Shown: positions 18,900 to 32,674, numbered from the stretch's first letter. The stretch: 64,000 bases of DNA from Flaccisagitta enflata (GCA_965153355.1 OZ231126.1:19406001-19470000); one strand, 5' to 3'. Translations and numbers: made by a program. Notes: a model not told the origin generated them from the letters alone.

Positions 18900-20170
18900 C
18901 TTATTGGTCGCGTGCTACGCGACTCCACACCCCGCCTTGTCCATCCATCCGTCCGTCCATTAGTCAATCTGTCGATCCGTCACATTCTATTTTTTTTTTT
19001 TAGATTTTTGCGTTCTTTGGCCTCCCTGTTTCTGCCCAAATGCTCTAGTGACCTTGTTACGGCTACTACCCGCCCGCACGCGACCTGGGTAGCCGTCTAT
19101 CCGGCCTTGTTTCAATGAACTATTGGTTCATCATTTCCCGTTTACATGAGGATTATTTTGATTACAAATTAAAACTTGCCCATAGAATTTATCTTATACA
19201 TGAAGTGAAAAAGGTTACCGGAAAAATATTTAGATCATAATTCAATTGCTTACTGAGATGGATACTGAGAATATCATTCAAATCGGTAGAATACTTGTCA
19301 ATTGCAAAAAAAAAAAACAGTCTCTAAATGGGGAAAATTTGAATGATGCTCCATCGCAATCCCCATCACTTAAAAACAAGGCCGGATACACGGCTACCAA
19401 AGTCGCGTGCAGGTGGGCAGGAGCAGTGATGAAATAGGCTAAATCAAGCATTTGGGCAGAAGCAGTAATGCAAAAGATGCCCAAAGTAAGCGCTAAGAAT
19501 GCCCGTAAGCGCTAAGAAAGCATACAGTGACTGACCAAACCGACCGACCTACATAGTGGGTTGTAGAGTCGAGAGCACGAGAGTTAAAAAAACAGTGGTA
19601 ATTAAATGCTGATTATTTCCTAATCGTATACAAAAGAAGACTACTATGTGCAAAATGTCAAACTACCTATAGAACTAAAACATGCCATCGGCAAAGCTAA
19701 CGATGTGATATTTCCAGTAACTATGACAATCCTATTGGTATAGTTGGATTAGGCAAAAAAAACTCGTGATTTAAAAGTTTCTAACCAACGGACAGACCAA
19801 TGGATAGGACAATGAACCGGTATTATTAGATAGTTACTAGTAGATAAATTCATGAGGAAGTTCAGAGCAAAAAAAAAGAACAAAAGAAAATCTTCTGAGA
19901 AATCTTCGTTTTATGTTCTATGATCACACATAAAGGAAAAGAGGCATGGTTATTTGGATGTGAAATCGAAAAGAACAAGGTCGGATACACGGCTACCCCA
20001 GTCGCGTGCAGGTGGGCAGGGGCCATATTTGAGGTCACCAGAGGATTTGGGCAGGATCAGTACCGTCAAAGAATAAAAAACTTTAAAAAAAAAGTATAAC
20101 CAACCAACCAACCAACCAACCAACCGACAGACAAAGCGGGGTGTAGAGTCGTGTAGCACGCGACTACAAA
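18900..20170. mobile_element. Cluster of three short HINE-like elements, AGTCGCGTG family (about 18900-19112 +, 19375-19590 -, 19974-20170 -)
   Basis: Shared GTCGCGTGCTACGCGACT 5' ends and GCCGTGTATCCGGCCTTGTT-like 3' ends. Confidence 0.78.
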
Positions 20171-20171
20171 G

Positions 20172-21606
20172 CAGTTAAGTTGAATCATCTCTCTCAACTG
20201 CAGTGTTGAATGATGGGAATGACTTGGTTCATGTCCTAGCGATTCACAGTCAAGTTGAATCATCTCTCTCAACTGCAGTGTTGAATAATGAAATGACTTG
20301 GTCCAAGGCCTGGCGATTCACAGTTGAGTTGAATCATCTCTCTCAACTGCGATGTTGAATGATGGGAATGACTTGGTCCAAGTCCTGGCGATTCACAGTT
20401 GAGTTGATCCATCTCTCTCAACTGCTTTGTTAAATGATGGGAATGACTAGGTCCAAGTCCTGGTGATTCACAGTCGCGTTGAATCATCTCTCTCAACTGC
20501 GATGTTGAATGATGGGAATGACTTGGTCCAAGTCCTGGCGATTCACAGTTGAGTTGAATCATCTCTCTCAACTGCGATGTTGAATAATGAAATGACTTGG
20601 TCCAAGTCCTGGCGATTCACAGTCGAGTTGAATCATCTCTCTCAACTGCGATGTTGAATGATGGGAATGACTTGGTCCAAGTCCTGGCGATTCACAGTTG
20701 AGTTGAATCATCTCTCTCAACTGCGATGTTGAATGATGGGAATGACTTGGTCCAAGTCCTGGTGATTCACAGTCGCGTTGAATCATCTCTCTCAACTGCG
20801 ATGTTGAATGATGGGAATGACTTGGTCCAAGTCCTGGCGATTCACAGTCGCGTTGAATCATCTCTCTCAACTGCGATGTTGAATGATGGGAATGACTTGG
20901 TCCAAGTCCTGGCGATTCACAGTCGCGTTGAATCATCTCTCTCAACTGTGGTGTTGAATGATGGGAATAACTTTGTTCAAGTCCTGGCGATTCAAAGTCG
21001 AGTTGAATCATCTCTCTCAACTGCAGTGTTGAATGATGGGAATGACTTGATCCAAGTCCTGGCGATTCACAGTCGAGTTGAATCATCTCTCTCAACTGCT
21101 TTGTTAAATGATGGGAATGACTTGGTCCAAGTCCTGGTGATTCACAGTCGCATTGAATCATCTCTCTTAACTGTGGTGTTGAATGATAGGAATGACTTGG
21201 TCCAAGTCCTGGCAATTCACAGTCGAGTTGAATCATCTCTCTCAACTGCATCGTTGAATGATGGGAATGACCTGGTCCAAGTCCTGGCGATTCACAGTCA
21301 AGTTGAATCATCTCTCTCAACTGTGGTGTTGAATGATGGGAATAACTTTGTTCAAGTCCTGGCGATTCACAGTCAAGTTGAATCATCTCTCTCAACTGCG
21401 ATGTTGAATGATAGGAATGACTTGGTCCAAGTCCTGGCGATTCACATCCGAGTTGAATCATCTCTCTCAACTGCGGTTTTAAATAATGAAATGACTTGGT
21501 CCAAGTCCTGGCGATTCACAGTCAAGTTGAATCATCTCTCTCAACTGCAGTGTTGAATGATGGGAATGACTTGGTCCAAGTCCTGGCGTTTCACAGTCGA
21601 GTTGAA
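20172..21606. repeat. 75-bp minisatellite, about 19 copies
   Basis: Unit AGTTGAATCATCTCTCTCAACTGCGATGTTGAATGATGGGAATGACTTGGTCCAAGTCCTGGCGATTCACAGTCG, with internal palindrome GACTTGG-T-CCAAGTC. Confidence 0.96.
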
Positions 21607-22121
21607 ATCCTTCATGTGTGAAAACATTTTGCCAGAGGTAAACAACATTATGGAATTTTTAATAGATTGTTTGAGGCAGATCTTCCTCGCTAAACCAAAT
21701 GAATAACAGACTCTAAGAATACCAAAAACATCCATCATTCATGAGTAAATAAATGAATGGATGAATCAATGATGAGTAATGAATAAATGATTGAATAAAT
21801 GAACAAATGAATAAATGAATGAATGAATGAATGAATGAATGAATGAATGATTGATTGATTGATTTAATAAATGAATGCTTGAATCATCGATTGAATGAAA
21901 GAATGAATGAATGAATGAATGAATGAATGAATGAATGAATGAATGAATGAATGAATGAATGAATGAATGAATGAATGATTTTAGGAATGAATGAATGAAT
22001 GGATGAATGAATGAATGAAAGAGTGAATGACTGAATGAAAGAATGAAGAGAGATATGGGTTATGGCAATGATATTTGATAGGATGCAGTTAACCATATTT
22101 CCGGTTGTTCGGTACACATTT

Positions 22122-22183
<62 letters not shown>

Positions 22184-22360
22184 TCTACTTTTCTCCCTGG
22201 ATTTTCCAATTGGATTTCCGGGCTCCCGTTTTAAAGAGTCTCCGATATGGAATTTGAAAAGGCTGAATGAATTCAATGGACTGGAATAAACACTGAGGAA
22301 AGCTCATCTTGTTGCTCTCCGCAATTTTCACGGTACTCCCAACCCCCAATTTCTGTCGAA

Positions 22361-22595
<235 letters not shown>

Positions 22596-23435
22596 CTCTC
22601 TCTCCGTCTCTCTCTCTAACTCTCTGGTTTGCAAATGTTTTCCATGGCGGAATGAGAGTAAAGGAATCAACTTTACGACAATTTTCTGCTTCTTCCTTTT
22701 CCTTTTTCCTTTTCCTTCTTTTTTCTCCTCCTCTACCAGTCATTTTCTTTCTATTTTTGCCTTCTTCGTCTTTCTTTCATTCTTTTCCTTTTCTTTTTTT
22801 TTTCTTTTCTTTTTCTATTGCTTGCTGACTTAGATCTCTTTTCGTCAATCCATAATTCAAATGATATCGCCTCATGGTCGCTCTTACCAATTTTTCCTTC
22901 TACTGTTACCGATTTAACAATTTCTTCTCTGTTGCACAAAACATGAACTGCGGTAACTTTTTGGTTTTAGAATATGAGAGGTGATTTAGCTCTTTACCCT
23001 AAAAAACATTGAGTATTGAATTTTAACGGAAACGAGCAAAAAAGCCAAGGCAAGGGAATATGAATGTCAAATTTACAAAAAACCTTTACGTCTGGGAAGA
23101 TTTGGATTGCATATTCGTAATATGCGTGATCAACCGAGGTATTAGTGATTTTGTGTGCCTCGCTGGCGTACAGGGCTCTTAGTGCCAAGGAAAAAATTTC
23201 AGCTAATTTCATTTTATAAAACTCATGATTCATTGGGCATGGGTGGCGAATTTTATGGTAATTTTCAGTGCGACGTAGAATGTGCTACAATTTCAGTTAC
23301 TCATTTGTCTTTAGTTTTAATTTAGTTTGAGACGCTATGTTCCTATGTTTGGTTGTCGATGAGCGGAAGTGATGATAATGCCCAATCGCGATACCTGATT
23401 ATTTCTTGCCATTCACTGTCTTCGAATTTTTCTTT

Positions 23436-23537
<102 letters not shown>

Positions 23538-25107
23538 AAAGAGAGAGAAAAGAGAGAGAAAAGAGAGAGAAAGAGAAAGTGAGGAAAAAGACTAATTCAT
23601 TTCAGCGATTCTTCCATTATGACATTTCAATTCTCGAGTTAATCATGTGGGAGAATAATTAATCATTATAAAATGTGTTGTTGAATTATTTCAAGACAAA
23701 AAATCTTTTTATATTTTTCACTGAAATATATATGCAAATGAATTTGAAAAAATGAAAAAATAGGCAGAAAATAAAAGATGCAAAAAATGACAATGACAGA
23801 AAATATAAAATATAAAACAATTTAAAGCAATTAGAAAAACATAAGTAACAATATGATATTCAAGAAAAATGGAAAAAGAAAAAAAAACTGAAAAAAAGAA
23901 AAAAAGAATGAAGAGTTAAAATGAAACATAAAAAAAGAAAAATGAGTAACTTCAAAAAAGACTAAAAAAAAAGTTAAGCCCTTACAATATCTTTATAACA
24001 GTTATTGATTTTTTTAAATAATTCTAATATGATCACAGAATATTTCCAATGAATGAAAGAAAAGATATAGAAAAAAAAAGACTATTTCCACCATTGTCGA
24101 AGACGGATAGATAATGAGGAGGAGACGGAGGAAGAGGAGGAGGAGGAGGTGGAAGAGGTAGAGGGCCAGGATAACCATCGGGTCCCGGGAATTCGGGACA
24201 AGGTGATGTCCCGGCATGTCGGGGCCTCGGGACCCAAGTCCCGCCAGGCATTAGGGTGGGCAGGGGCATCCAACCTCCATCCACACCCCAACCCACCCCC
24301 AACACTCAAACATACAAAAAAAGTTTTCCCACTTTTCAACTCGATCACCATGACGGACGGACAGACGGACCGACGGACGGACGGACAAAGCCTCTTATAG
24401 AGTTGCGTGTCCGCAACTAAAAAGTACGAATCTCTATGTCTGTTCTCAAATTCAATCGATAGACATGAATTATAAGTGAACACTGAACAGTTATTCATTG
24501 ATAATTCATTCAACTGGCAAGAATTCGATCTTGCCGAACTCTTCCAGTGGCTGCTGCCAAATGACTTTTGTCGTAGATGTCAGACTTTTTTTTGTTTGAA
24601 TGACAACACTTGCCTTAGAATCAACCTCTACCTGTCGATCAATTTTGAAAGTATTGTTGGTTTTTTCCCTCCATGACTCTCGAACTTAATCGCGTGCACA
24701 TGACGCAATAGCCCGCTATATCTATCTATCTATCGGTCAGTCGGTCACGCCGGTCACACTATGCATTTTTTGGTGCTTAGGGACATTTTTTTGCATCACC
24801 GCTCCTGATCAAATGTTTGGTTGGCCTATTTCATCACTGCCCCCACCCAACCGTGTATCCGTCCTTGTTTTTTTGTTTTGTTTTTTTTTGCAACGTTCGC
24901 TGAATATCACGGTTGAATGAAGCACATGTCTTGTTTTGGATCTCAAATTTATGCTATACATTGTATTTCAACAACATCTTCGTTTCATGATCGCAAAAAC
25001 ATTTTTTTTCTTTCTGTCAGTAGCCAAATGGTGATATCCACAGGCTTACATTCAAAAGGTGTTAGGAAAAAAGAGAACCAGAGTCGCACGGAAAATCATG
25101 AAAACAA

Positions 25108-25736
25108 TTATGAAAATAAAATATTAACAAAAACAGCCTCTCTTTCACCTTTGCCATTCACTCCACCTAAGCAAGCAACAGGCAAGTTTCTTGTACCGCC
25201 ATTTATGACGACTGCGCGATGATTGGATAACTCTCGATCTAAAGGATCTGCATCGGTCCATTCTTCCTTTTCCACGTTGAATATCTTCATCTTGAGAGAT
25301 GCGCCTTCCCTATTCTTACCACCGACGAGTAACAAATGATTCCCAGAAATGGGCGTCAACGAATGACGATACACTCCTTTCCCGCCTTCATGACCCCACA
25401 AAGAGCTTCCATCAACTTCCATTGGGAAGCCGGTGTTATGAAGTCTTCTCCATTTCCGCGTATTCATGTTCAGTTCGAAGAAGTCATTCAAGGATCGGTA
25501 GTTTTGACCGAGGCCGCTATGAACGTAGACTCTTTCCTTGAGAATGGCGATGCCGTAAGAATGACGGCTCTTCGGTTTGGGTCCGGAAGTGAAGAATTGC
25601 GAGAACCGGTTGGACTTTGGGTCGTATTGATGAACTTGGACGGTTTTCCATTCCCACAAACTCGACTCTCCCAGCAAGAATATTTTGCCTTCGTGACACC
25701 ATGCTTTGTGCGGGAGTCTGGCCAGAACCTTATCGC
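25108..25736 (-). CDS. Last exon: C-terminal Kelch repeats (KLHDC-like beta-propeller)
   Basis: Acceptor TATCAG|GC gives in-frame PK-G-DK. PKPKSRHSYGIAILKERVYVHSGL..LNDFFELNMNTRKW and HSLTPISGNHLLLVGG are Kelch repeats. TAA at 25110-25108. Confidence 0.87.
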
Positions 25737-25854
25737 CTGATAGATGCAAACATAAATTGTTGACAAAGAGTCATATTCATATTTGCGGTTCGGTTTTATT
25801 TGGACTCGATTTTACTTTTTCATTCGACAAATAAAAAAAATTAGCGTAAGCATA

Positions 25855-26180
25855 CCGTATTTTTTCTAATTAGCGCCCCGGGCGCTTTTGAAATTGAAAT
25901 ATGATTTTGCTTTTTAACCCTCCAATAAGCGCCTCTTTTGTATTGTAGATGAACTGTTATTCAGTCTATTTTTTTCATGAGAGGCTATCAAATGCTGAAT
26001 TTGACCTAAAATGGAAATATTAATTGCATATATCTGTTTGAAAGTCACTGAAAATGGTTCATTGCGTAAGGTTATTTTATCATTTTACTCAATATATCTG
26101 CTCAAATCTCTTCTGAATAGTGTAACACAAAAAAGGGGGGGCGGTAATTGGAGGGGGAGCGCTAAATGGGAAAAATACGG
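25855..26180. mobile_element. TA-flanked MITE in the Kelch-gene intron
   Basis: TA|CCGTATTTTTTCTAATTAGCGCCCC ... GGGAGCGCTAAATGGGAAAAATACGG|TA. Confidence 0.85.
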
Positions 26181-26257
26181 TAGTTGTATTGCACTGCTTC
26201 GGCAACATCCATTTCCCTACAACGTGGCATAAATCATTAATTATGCGTCTTACTAAC

Positions 26258-26713
26258 CTTTGGGCAAGAATCTCTTGAACAGTCCATCCGAAGAAAGAGT
26301 AAACACGTAATCGATTTTCTTGACATTGCCTTCGTTGGGACTCCATTTGTTACCGCCGAGGATGTAAAGGACGCCGTCGCAGACCGTCGACGCCGCGCCC
26401 AGGATGCCATTGACGTGAATGTCGCCGCGAGTCGGCAAAAGTCTGATTCGATGACGAAGATCTTCGACTTGGCGTTGATCCGATGAAAATTCGTTGTCGT
26501 TGTTGTTGAGCTTCAATGACCAAAAATAGGTTCCAAATTGCGATTCTGGTTCGGATGCGTCTCTGACGCCGCCCCACGCTATCAGAGTGTCGTTGAAAAC
26601 TTCCACGATTCCATGTCGATTGATGGGGAAATGAGGCCGAATGGAATGGGTTATGGTGGGATCTGAAGCAACAAAAACGTTTGTGTAGAATTGAGTGGAC
26701 ATCAGGGTTAATT
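26258..26713 (-). CDS. Exon 2: N-terminal Kelch repeats (alternatively the first exon of a separate Kelch gene starting at ATG 26702)
   Basis: RHGIVEVFNDTLIAWGG and GAASTVCDGVLYILGG are Kelch-type GG repeats. Acceptor TTTAG|AA at 26714/26713 is in phase with exon 1. Donor AAG|GTTAGT at 26258/26257. Confidence 0.8.
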
Positions 26714-26827
26714 CTAAATCGGTTTTTTTTTTTTAATGACATTTTTCATTGTATACATTGATGTAAGAGGAAGGTAGACACCGGACAGGCGGACTGACTT
26801 AGAGACAGTCAATATAGTTCGGCTCAC

Positions 26828-28928
26828 CAGGAATGCCTGGTGTTATGGTAGTCACCGCTCCCATATCTGATGCAACTGAAAGGGTTGTTGTCGTGCCATC
26901 AACGTTTTGAGCGACACCAGCAAATGATGTATTGCCGATTGCCATGGTGTAGGTCTTGTATGTTGGATCACCCTGAAACGATGTGACCGTGACCGCCTGT
27001 TTTTCTGTAGTAGCCGCTGGGAATGTGTTTGGTAAACTGGAGGAGGTTGAGTATTCCATTGTAGTAGATGCTGTGGCCTCACTTTGTTGAGAGGTTGTTT
27101 TAAAAAGGGTTGAATCAACAATGTAGCTAGCTGAGACTGATTTCGCAGTTGTATTTGGCAATGTTGTGACAGTCGTAATGGTTGTATCGGAATTGTCAAC
27201 AACCTGATAGGTTGAAGCCACAGTGTTTGTGTTTGCTTCAAATGTCCTATTCTCAACCGCAGTGGCCAATGATGATAGCGTTGATGTTGTCACAATATTC
27301 GCTTCAGAAGCTGATGATGACTTATTTCTTCCTTTTGTCGCGATGGAAACCGATGGTACTGTGAAACCGTCAACAACAACGGGTGATGATGTTTCATGTG
27401 CTGCCGCTGTTGCAGCTGTATTCGGTCTACTGTGAATCGATGCACCAATCAATTTGCCATTAGATTCGGTTGCGAACGTGTTTGTCGTTAAAATTGCACG
27501 TGTGTTGGTCGTTTTTCCGGTGGTGGTCTCTAAAGAAACCGATGCCATAGTGGACTTTGTGGTGAACTTCAAATGATTAAATCCTTGGCTTAAATCTGTC
27601 GCTGTCATGGTCGAAGTGGTGAAATTTTCATGAGTCATATTCCTCGAGCTTGTATCCCTAAGTGCCATCAACGTTGGCATCAAGATGGGTTGCATGCTAA
27701 TGGAAACGATAAGGAAGAGAAAAGCTACCATCACTGAAGCGACTGAGACACAGGAACAGACGCTACAAGATCTAGTCCAGCAGCGGAGCTTGAACAGACA
27801 TCGGGACACGGCTGGATGGAGAGAACCGAGAACGAAAATCAGGGACAAAACGGCAGAGATTGACAAGGACATTGCCAAACTGTGAGTGTTGGTCCAACTA
27901 TTTGGAAGGAACAATGATAAAATCACGAAAAGCGGCATGGAAACCAAGACAGATAAAGTGCAAGAGAGAAAAAGCGACCACCGCGTCGAAGATTTGCGCA
28001 ATGGAATGGCATCTGTGACATATTTCGCCGGATTAGGAAAAGGCACCGACGCGAATCGTTGCCACAAATTACTGGCAAATTGCTGGCAATTGGAATTGGT
28101 GAGATGGTATTTTTCCTTCAGTTCTCCTTCGTCGTGGAGCCATCGAATGACGTCTTTGAACGTGACGCCGTTTTTTGGTTTCGAGTCGGTCGTCACTTCC
28201 ATCATCGTCGAAAGTCGTTTGCGCCGCTTCCGGTTTTGAAACTCTTTGACGACAGTCGATCGGTCCGTCGACGATGCTGATGCGGATGATGCTGATGTGG
28301 TTGATGGAGATGCCGTTGTAGGAGAAGACGATAATCCCGATGAAGGTGATGATGAAGGCGATGATGACGACGGTGAAGAAGTTGATGACGAAGATGGAGA
28401 TGATAACGTCATTGGCGTCGACGATGATGACGATGGTGACGTTGGTGACGTTGGTGACGACGGTGAAGACGTTGATAACGCAGATGGAGATGATTCCGAT
28501 GAAGGTGATGTGGATAACGATGAAGACGATGATGACGACGCTAACAACGGTGAAGACGTTGCTAATGAAGATGTCGTCGACGATGATGACGACGACGCTG
28601 ACAATGACGTTGAAGTCAACGACGAATTCGTCGACTGAACCAAGATGCAAGACGGTAGTTTTTCGATGCTAAACGCGTCGCCATTTTTCGTCTTCGCGAT
28701 GACAATGTGATGAGTCAACAGATTCTTGAAATAGGCGCAGTTGACGGCCAACGAAATCTGAAACGCCGTCAATTCGACGATTTTGACGTTCATCGAAGGG
28801 AAATTGACGAGGTTGGAGTCTGGGCCGATGTCGAAATAGTCACAATGGGAGGCCACTTGTCCATCGCCCACGTAGTCGATGTGGGTCAACTGGGACAACC
28901 AAGATTCGCCGCGCAGAGAGTCGCTCAT
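26828..28928 (-). CDS. Exon 1 of a membrane protein: permuted papain-like (PPPDE/LRAT-like) domain with Ser-rich insert, 3 predicted TM helices, Thr/Ser-rich mucin-like stalk
   Basis: ATG 28928 (MSDSLRGES). THHIVIAKT..FSIEK and YHLTNSNCQQFASNL motifs. Hydrophobic segments at about 27985-27685. Thr-rich region with NxS/T sequons. Donor CTG|GTGAGC at 26828/26827; if unspliced, the ORF ends at 26799 (709 aa). Confidence 0.8.
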
Positions 28929-28933
28929 GATTG

Positions 28934-29185
28934 TTTTTAGTCGCGTGCTACGCGACTCTATAAGCCACTGTTCGGTCGGTCCGTCGGTCCGTACGTCGGT
29001 CCGTAACAAAATCGTTTTTCGAGGCTTTTTATCGCGTTTTTTAGGTCTCTGAACAGTAGAGAAGAAACATTGAGGAGTAAATAGCAATTTCAAATGTCTT
29101 TTTGAAAAAAAAATGTTTGTCTGTCTGTCTGCCGGACTTTTTTTGAAAGTGCCGACGCACGCGACTTAGGTCTAATGACCTTGTT
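28934..29185 (+). mobile_element. HINE-like element, AGTCGCGTG family, 5 bp upstream of ATG 28928
   Basis: 5' TTTTTAGTCGCGTGCTACGCGACT hairpin/subTIR, (GTCG/GTCC)n, 3' GCACGCGACT, AGGTC-TAAT-GACCT hairpin, then TGTT. Confidence 0.85.
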
Positions 29186-29269
29186 TCCTTCCTTCTCCTT
29201 CCTCTTATAATCGTCTGTTGGTTGGCTTAATGGACGGTTAGTTTTTGTTTTTGTTTTTGTTTTTGCTGA

Positions 29270-29303
<34 letters not shown>

Positions 29304-29307
29304 GACG

Positions 29308-29394
<87 letters not shown>

Positions 29395-32300
29395 TGCTGT
29401 GTTGTGGTTGTTATTGGTGGTGGTGGTGGTGGTGGTGGTGGTGGTGATGGTGGTGGTGTGGTGGTGGTGGTGGTGTGGTGGTGGAGGTGGTGTTTTTTGT
29501 TTTTTTTCTAAAAGAATGATATCGCGATCGCTCTTCTACGGGTACAGTTACCAAATCGGTCGAATACCAGAGATATCCGCCACAAAACGAAGTTATTCCA
29601 AACCCATTATGAAAGTGGCTCTTAAAATTGAGCAATCGAAAGAAAAAAAGATGTCGTCGGGTTTTCAAAAAAAAAAAAAAGATCATACGTACCAGTAACC
29701 AGTTTTGAAATAATTACATTTTTAAAACCAACTTTGGGGAATTTTGGAATGACGAAATTGAACTCGACTGAGATGTTAATAGTGAGTTGCCTGGGAAAGG
29801 TCATTGCTAAATGTTGTCATAAAGTGGGCAGGAGCCGAACTCGCCATGAGCCCAGAAAAGCAAATCATGGGCTACATAAGGAACGGACCGTCGAACTGAA
29901 AACGAAAACCGAGTTTTGACAGGTTAAACAACAAGTAACACGGAATAGGTATTGCCGCTCTCCCTGGTCTCCGCCCTCCCTCTCATAAAGCCTTCCTTCA
30001 CAGAACAAGTTGCTAATTTCTGTTCTGTAGCACTCCCTACAAGGCCCTGCACTCCCTTTTTGAAGGTCGGGGTTAAACTGACTGAATTACTGTGAGCACT
30101 CCCTTCTACTTGCCGCACTCCCTCTTATGACATCAGTTGATAAAGCTTTTGTTGCTGTCAGCACTCCCCTGCCAATCCCGCCCTCCCTTTTGTCAGATCA
30201 GTCTGATATTGACTTTTTTCCATTGCTGCTAGCACTCCCTTTTACTTCCCGCACTCCCTCTCATGAATAAGGGTTGTATCTGATTTTGTTGCTGTCAGCA
30301 CTCCCCTGCCAATCCCGCCCTCCTTTTTGTCAGATCAGTCTGATATCGACTTTTTTCCATTGCTGCTAGCACTCCCTTTTACTTCCCGCACTCCCCCTCA
30401 TGAATGAAGGTTGATCCTGATTTTGTTGCTGTCAGCACTCCCCTGCCAATCCCGCCCTCCCTTTTGTCAAATCAGTCTTATATCAACTTTTTTCCATTGC
30501 TGCTAGCACTCCCTTTTACTTCCCGCACTCCCTCTCATGAATGAAGGTTGATTCTAATTTTGTTGCTGTCAGCACTCCCCTGCCCATCCCGCCCTCCCTT
30601 TTGTCACATCAGTCTGTTATTCCATTGCTGCTAGCACTCCCTTTTACTTCCCGCACTCCCTCTCATGAATAAAGGTTGATTCTAATTCTGTTGCTGTCAG
30701 CACTCCCCTGCCAATCCCGCCCTCCTTTTTGTCGGATCAGTCTGATATCGACTTTTTTCCATTGCTGCTAGCACTCCCTTTTACTTCCCGCACTCCCCTT
30801 CATGAATGAAGGTTGATCCTGATTTTGTTGCTGTCAGCACTCCCCCAATCCCGCCTCCTTTTGTCAAATCAGTCTTATATCAACTTTTTTCCATTGCTGC
30901 TAGCACTTCTTACTTCGCACTCCTCTCATGAATGAAGGTTGATTCTAATTGTTGCTGTCAGCACTCCGCAAATCCGCCCTCCTTTGTCAGATCAGTCTGA
31001 TATCAACTTTTTCCATTGCTGCTAGCACTCCCTTTATTCGCACTCCCTCACATGAATGAAGGATCCTGATTTTATGCTGTCAGCACTCCCCTGCCAATCC
31101 CGCCCTCCCTTTTATCAAATCAGTCTTATATCAACTTTTTCCATTGCTGCTAGCACTCCCTTTACTTCCCGCACTCCTCTCATGAATGAAGGTTGATCCT
31201 GATTTGGTGCTGTCAGCACTCCGCCAATCTCCCTCCCTTTTGTCAGATCAGTCTGATATTGACTTTTTTTTATTGCTGCTAGCACTCCCTTTTACTTCCC
31301 GCACTCCCTCTCATGCATGAAGGTTATATCTAATTTTGTTGCTGTCAGCACTCCCCTGCCAATCCCGCCCTCCCTTTTGTCAGATCAGTCTGATATCAAC
31401 TTTTTTCCATTGCTGCTAGCACTCCCTTTTACTTCCCGCACTCCTTCTCATGAATGAAGGTTGATTCTAATTTTGTTGCTGTCAGCACTCCCCTGCCCAT
31501 CCTGCCCTCCCATTTGTCAGATCAGTCTGATATTGATTTTTTTTCATTGCTGCTAGCACTCCCTCTACTTCCCGCACTCCCTTTCATGAATGAAGGTTGA
31601 TCCTGATTTTTTTGCTGTCAGCACTCCCCTGCCAATCCCGCCCTCCCTTTTGTCAGATCAGTCTGATATCAACTTTTTTCCATTGCTGCTAGCACTCCCT
31701 TTTACTTCCCGCACTCCCTCTCATGAATGAAGGTTGATTTACTTTGGTTGCTGTCAGCACTCCCCTGCCAATCCCGCCCTCCCTTTTGTCGGATCAGTCT
31801 GATATCGACTTTTTTTCATTGCTGCTAGCACTCCCTTTTACTTCCCGCACTCCCTCTTATGATTGAAGGTTGTATCTAATTTTGTTGCTGTCAGCACTCC
31901 CCTGCCAATCCCGCCCTTCCTTTTGTCAGATCAGTCTGATATCAACTTTTTTTCCATTGCTGCTAGCACTCCCTTTTACTTCCCGCACTCCCTCTCATGA
32001 ATGAAGGTTGATTTACTTTGGTTGCTGTCAGCACTCCCCTGCCAATCCCGCCCTCCCTTTTGTCAGATCAGTCTGATATCGATTTTTTCATTGCTGCTAG
32101 CACTTCCCTTTTTACTTTCCTCCTCATGAATGATGGTTGATCCTGATTTTGTTGCTGTCAGCACTCGTTATCAAGGCCCTTCTTGTCAGATCAGTCTTAT
32201 ATTGACACTTTTTTCATTGCTGCTAGCGCTCCCTTTACTTTCTGCACTCCCTCTCATGAATGAAGGTTGATTCTGATTTTTTGCTGTCAGCACTCCTCAC

Positions 32301-32674
32301 TTTCACATCCTTCTTGTCAGATCAGTCTGATATCGACTTTTTTCCATGCTGCTAGCACTCCCTTTCTTCGCTCCATGCATGAAGGTTGTATCTAATTTTG
32401 TTGCTGTCAGCACTCCCCCGCCAATCCCGCCCCCCCTTTTGTCAGATCAGTCTGATATCAACTATTTTCCATTGCTGCTAGCACTCCCTTTTACTTCCCA
32501 CACTCCCTCTCATGAATGATGGTAAAAGGGAGTGCTAGCAGCAACGGAAAAAAGTTGATATCAGACTGATCTGACAAAAAGGAGGGCGGGATTGGCAGGA
32601 GAGTGCTGACAGCAACAGAATTAGAATCAACCTTTATTCATGACAGGGAGTGCGGGAAGTAAAAGGGAGTGCTA

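Noticed and set aside
20269-21556. 300-aa and 276-aa repeat ORFs
   Set aside because: Produced by a 75-bp satellite on both strands, with frameshifting 74-bp units and no unique coding flanks or splice signals seen.
28929-29093. N-terminal extension of the 764-aa ORF
   Set aside because: Lies within the HINE-like insertion and begins at a TTG.
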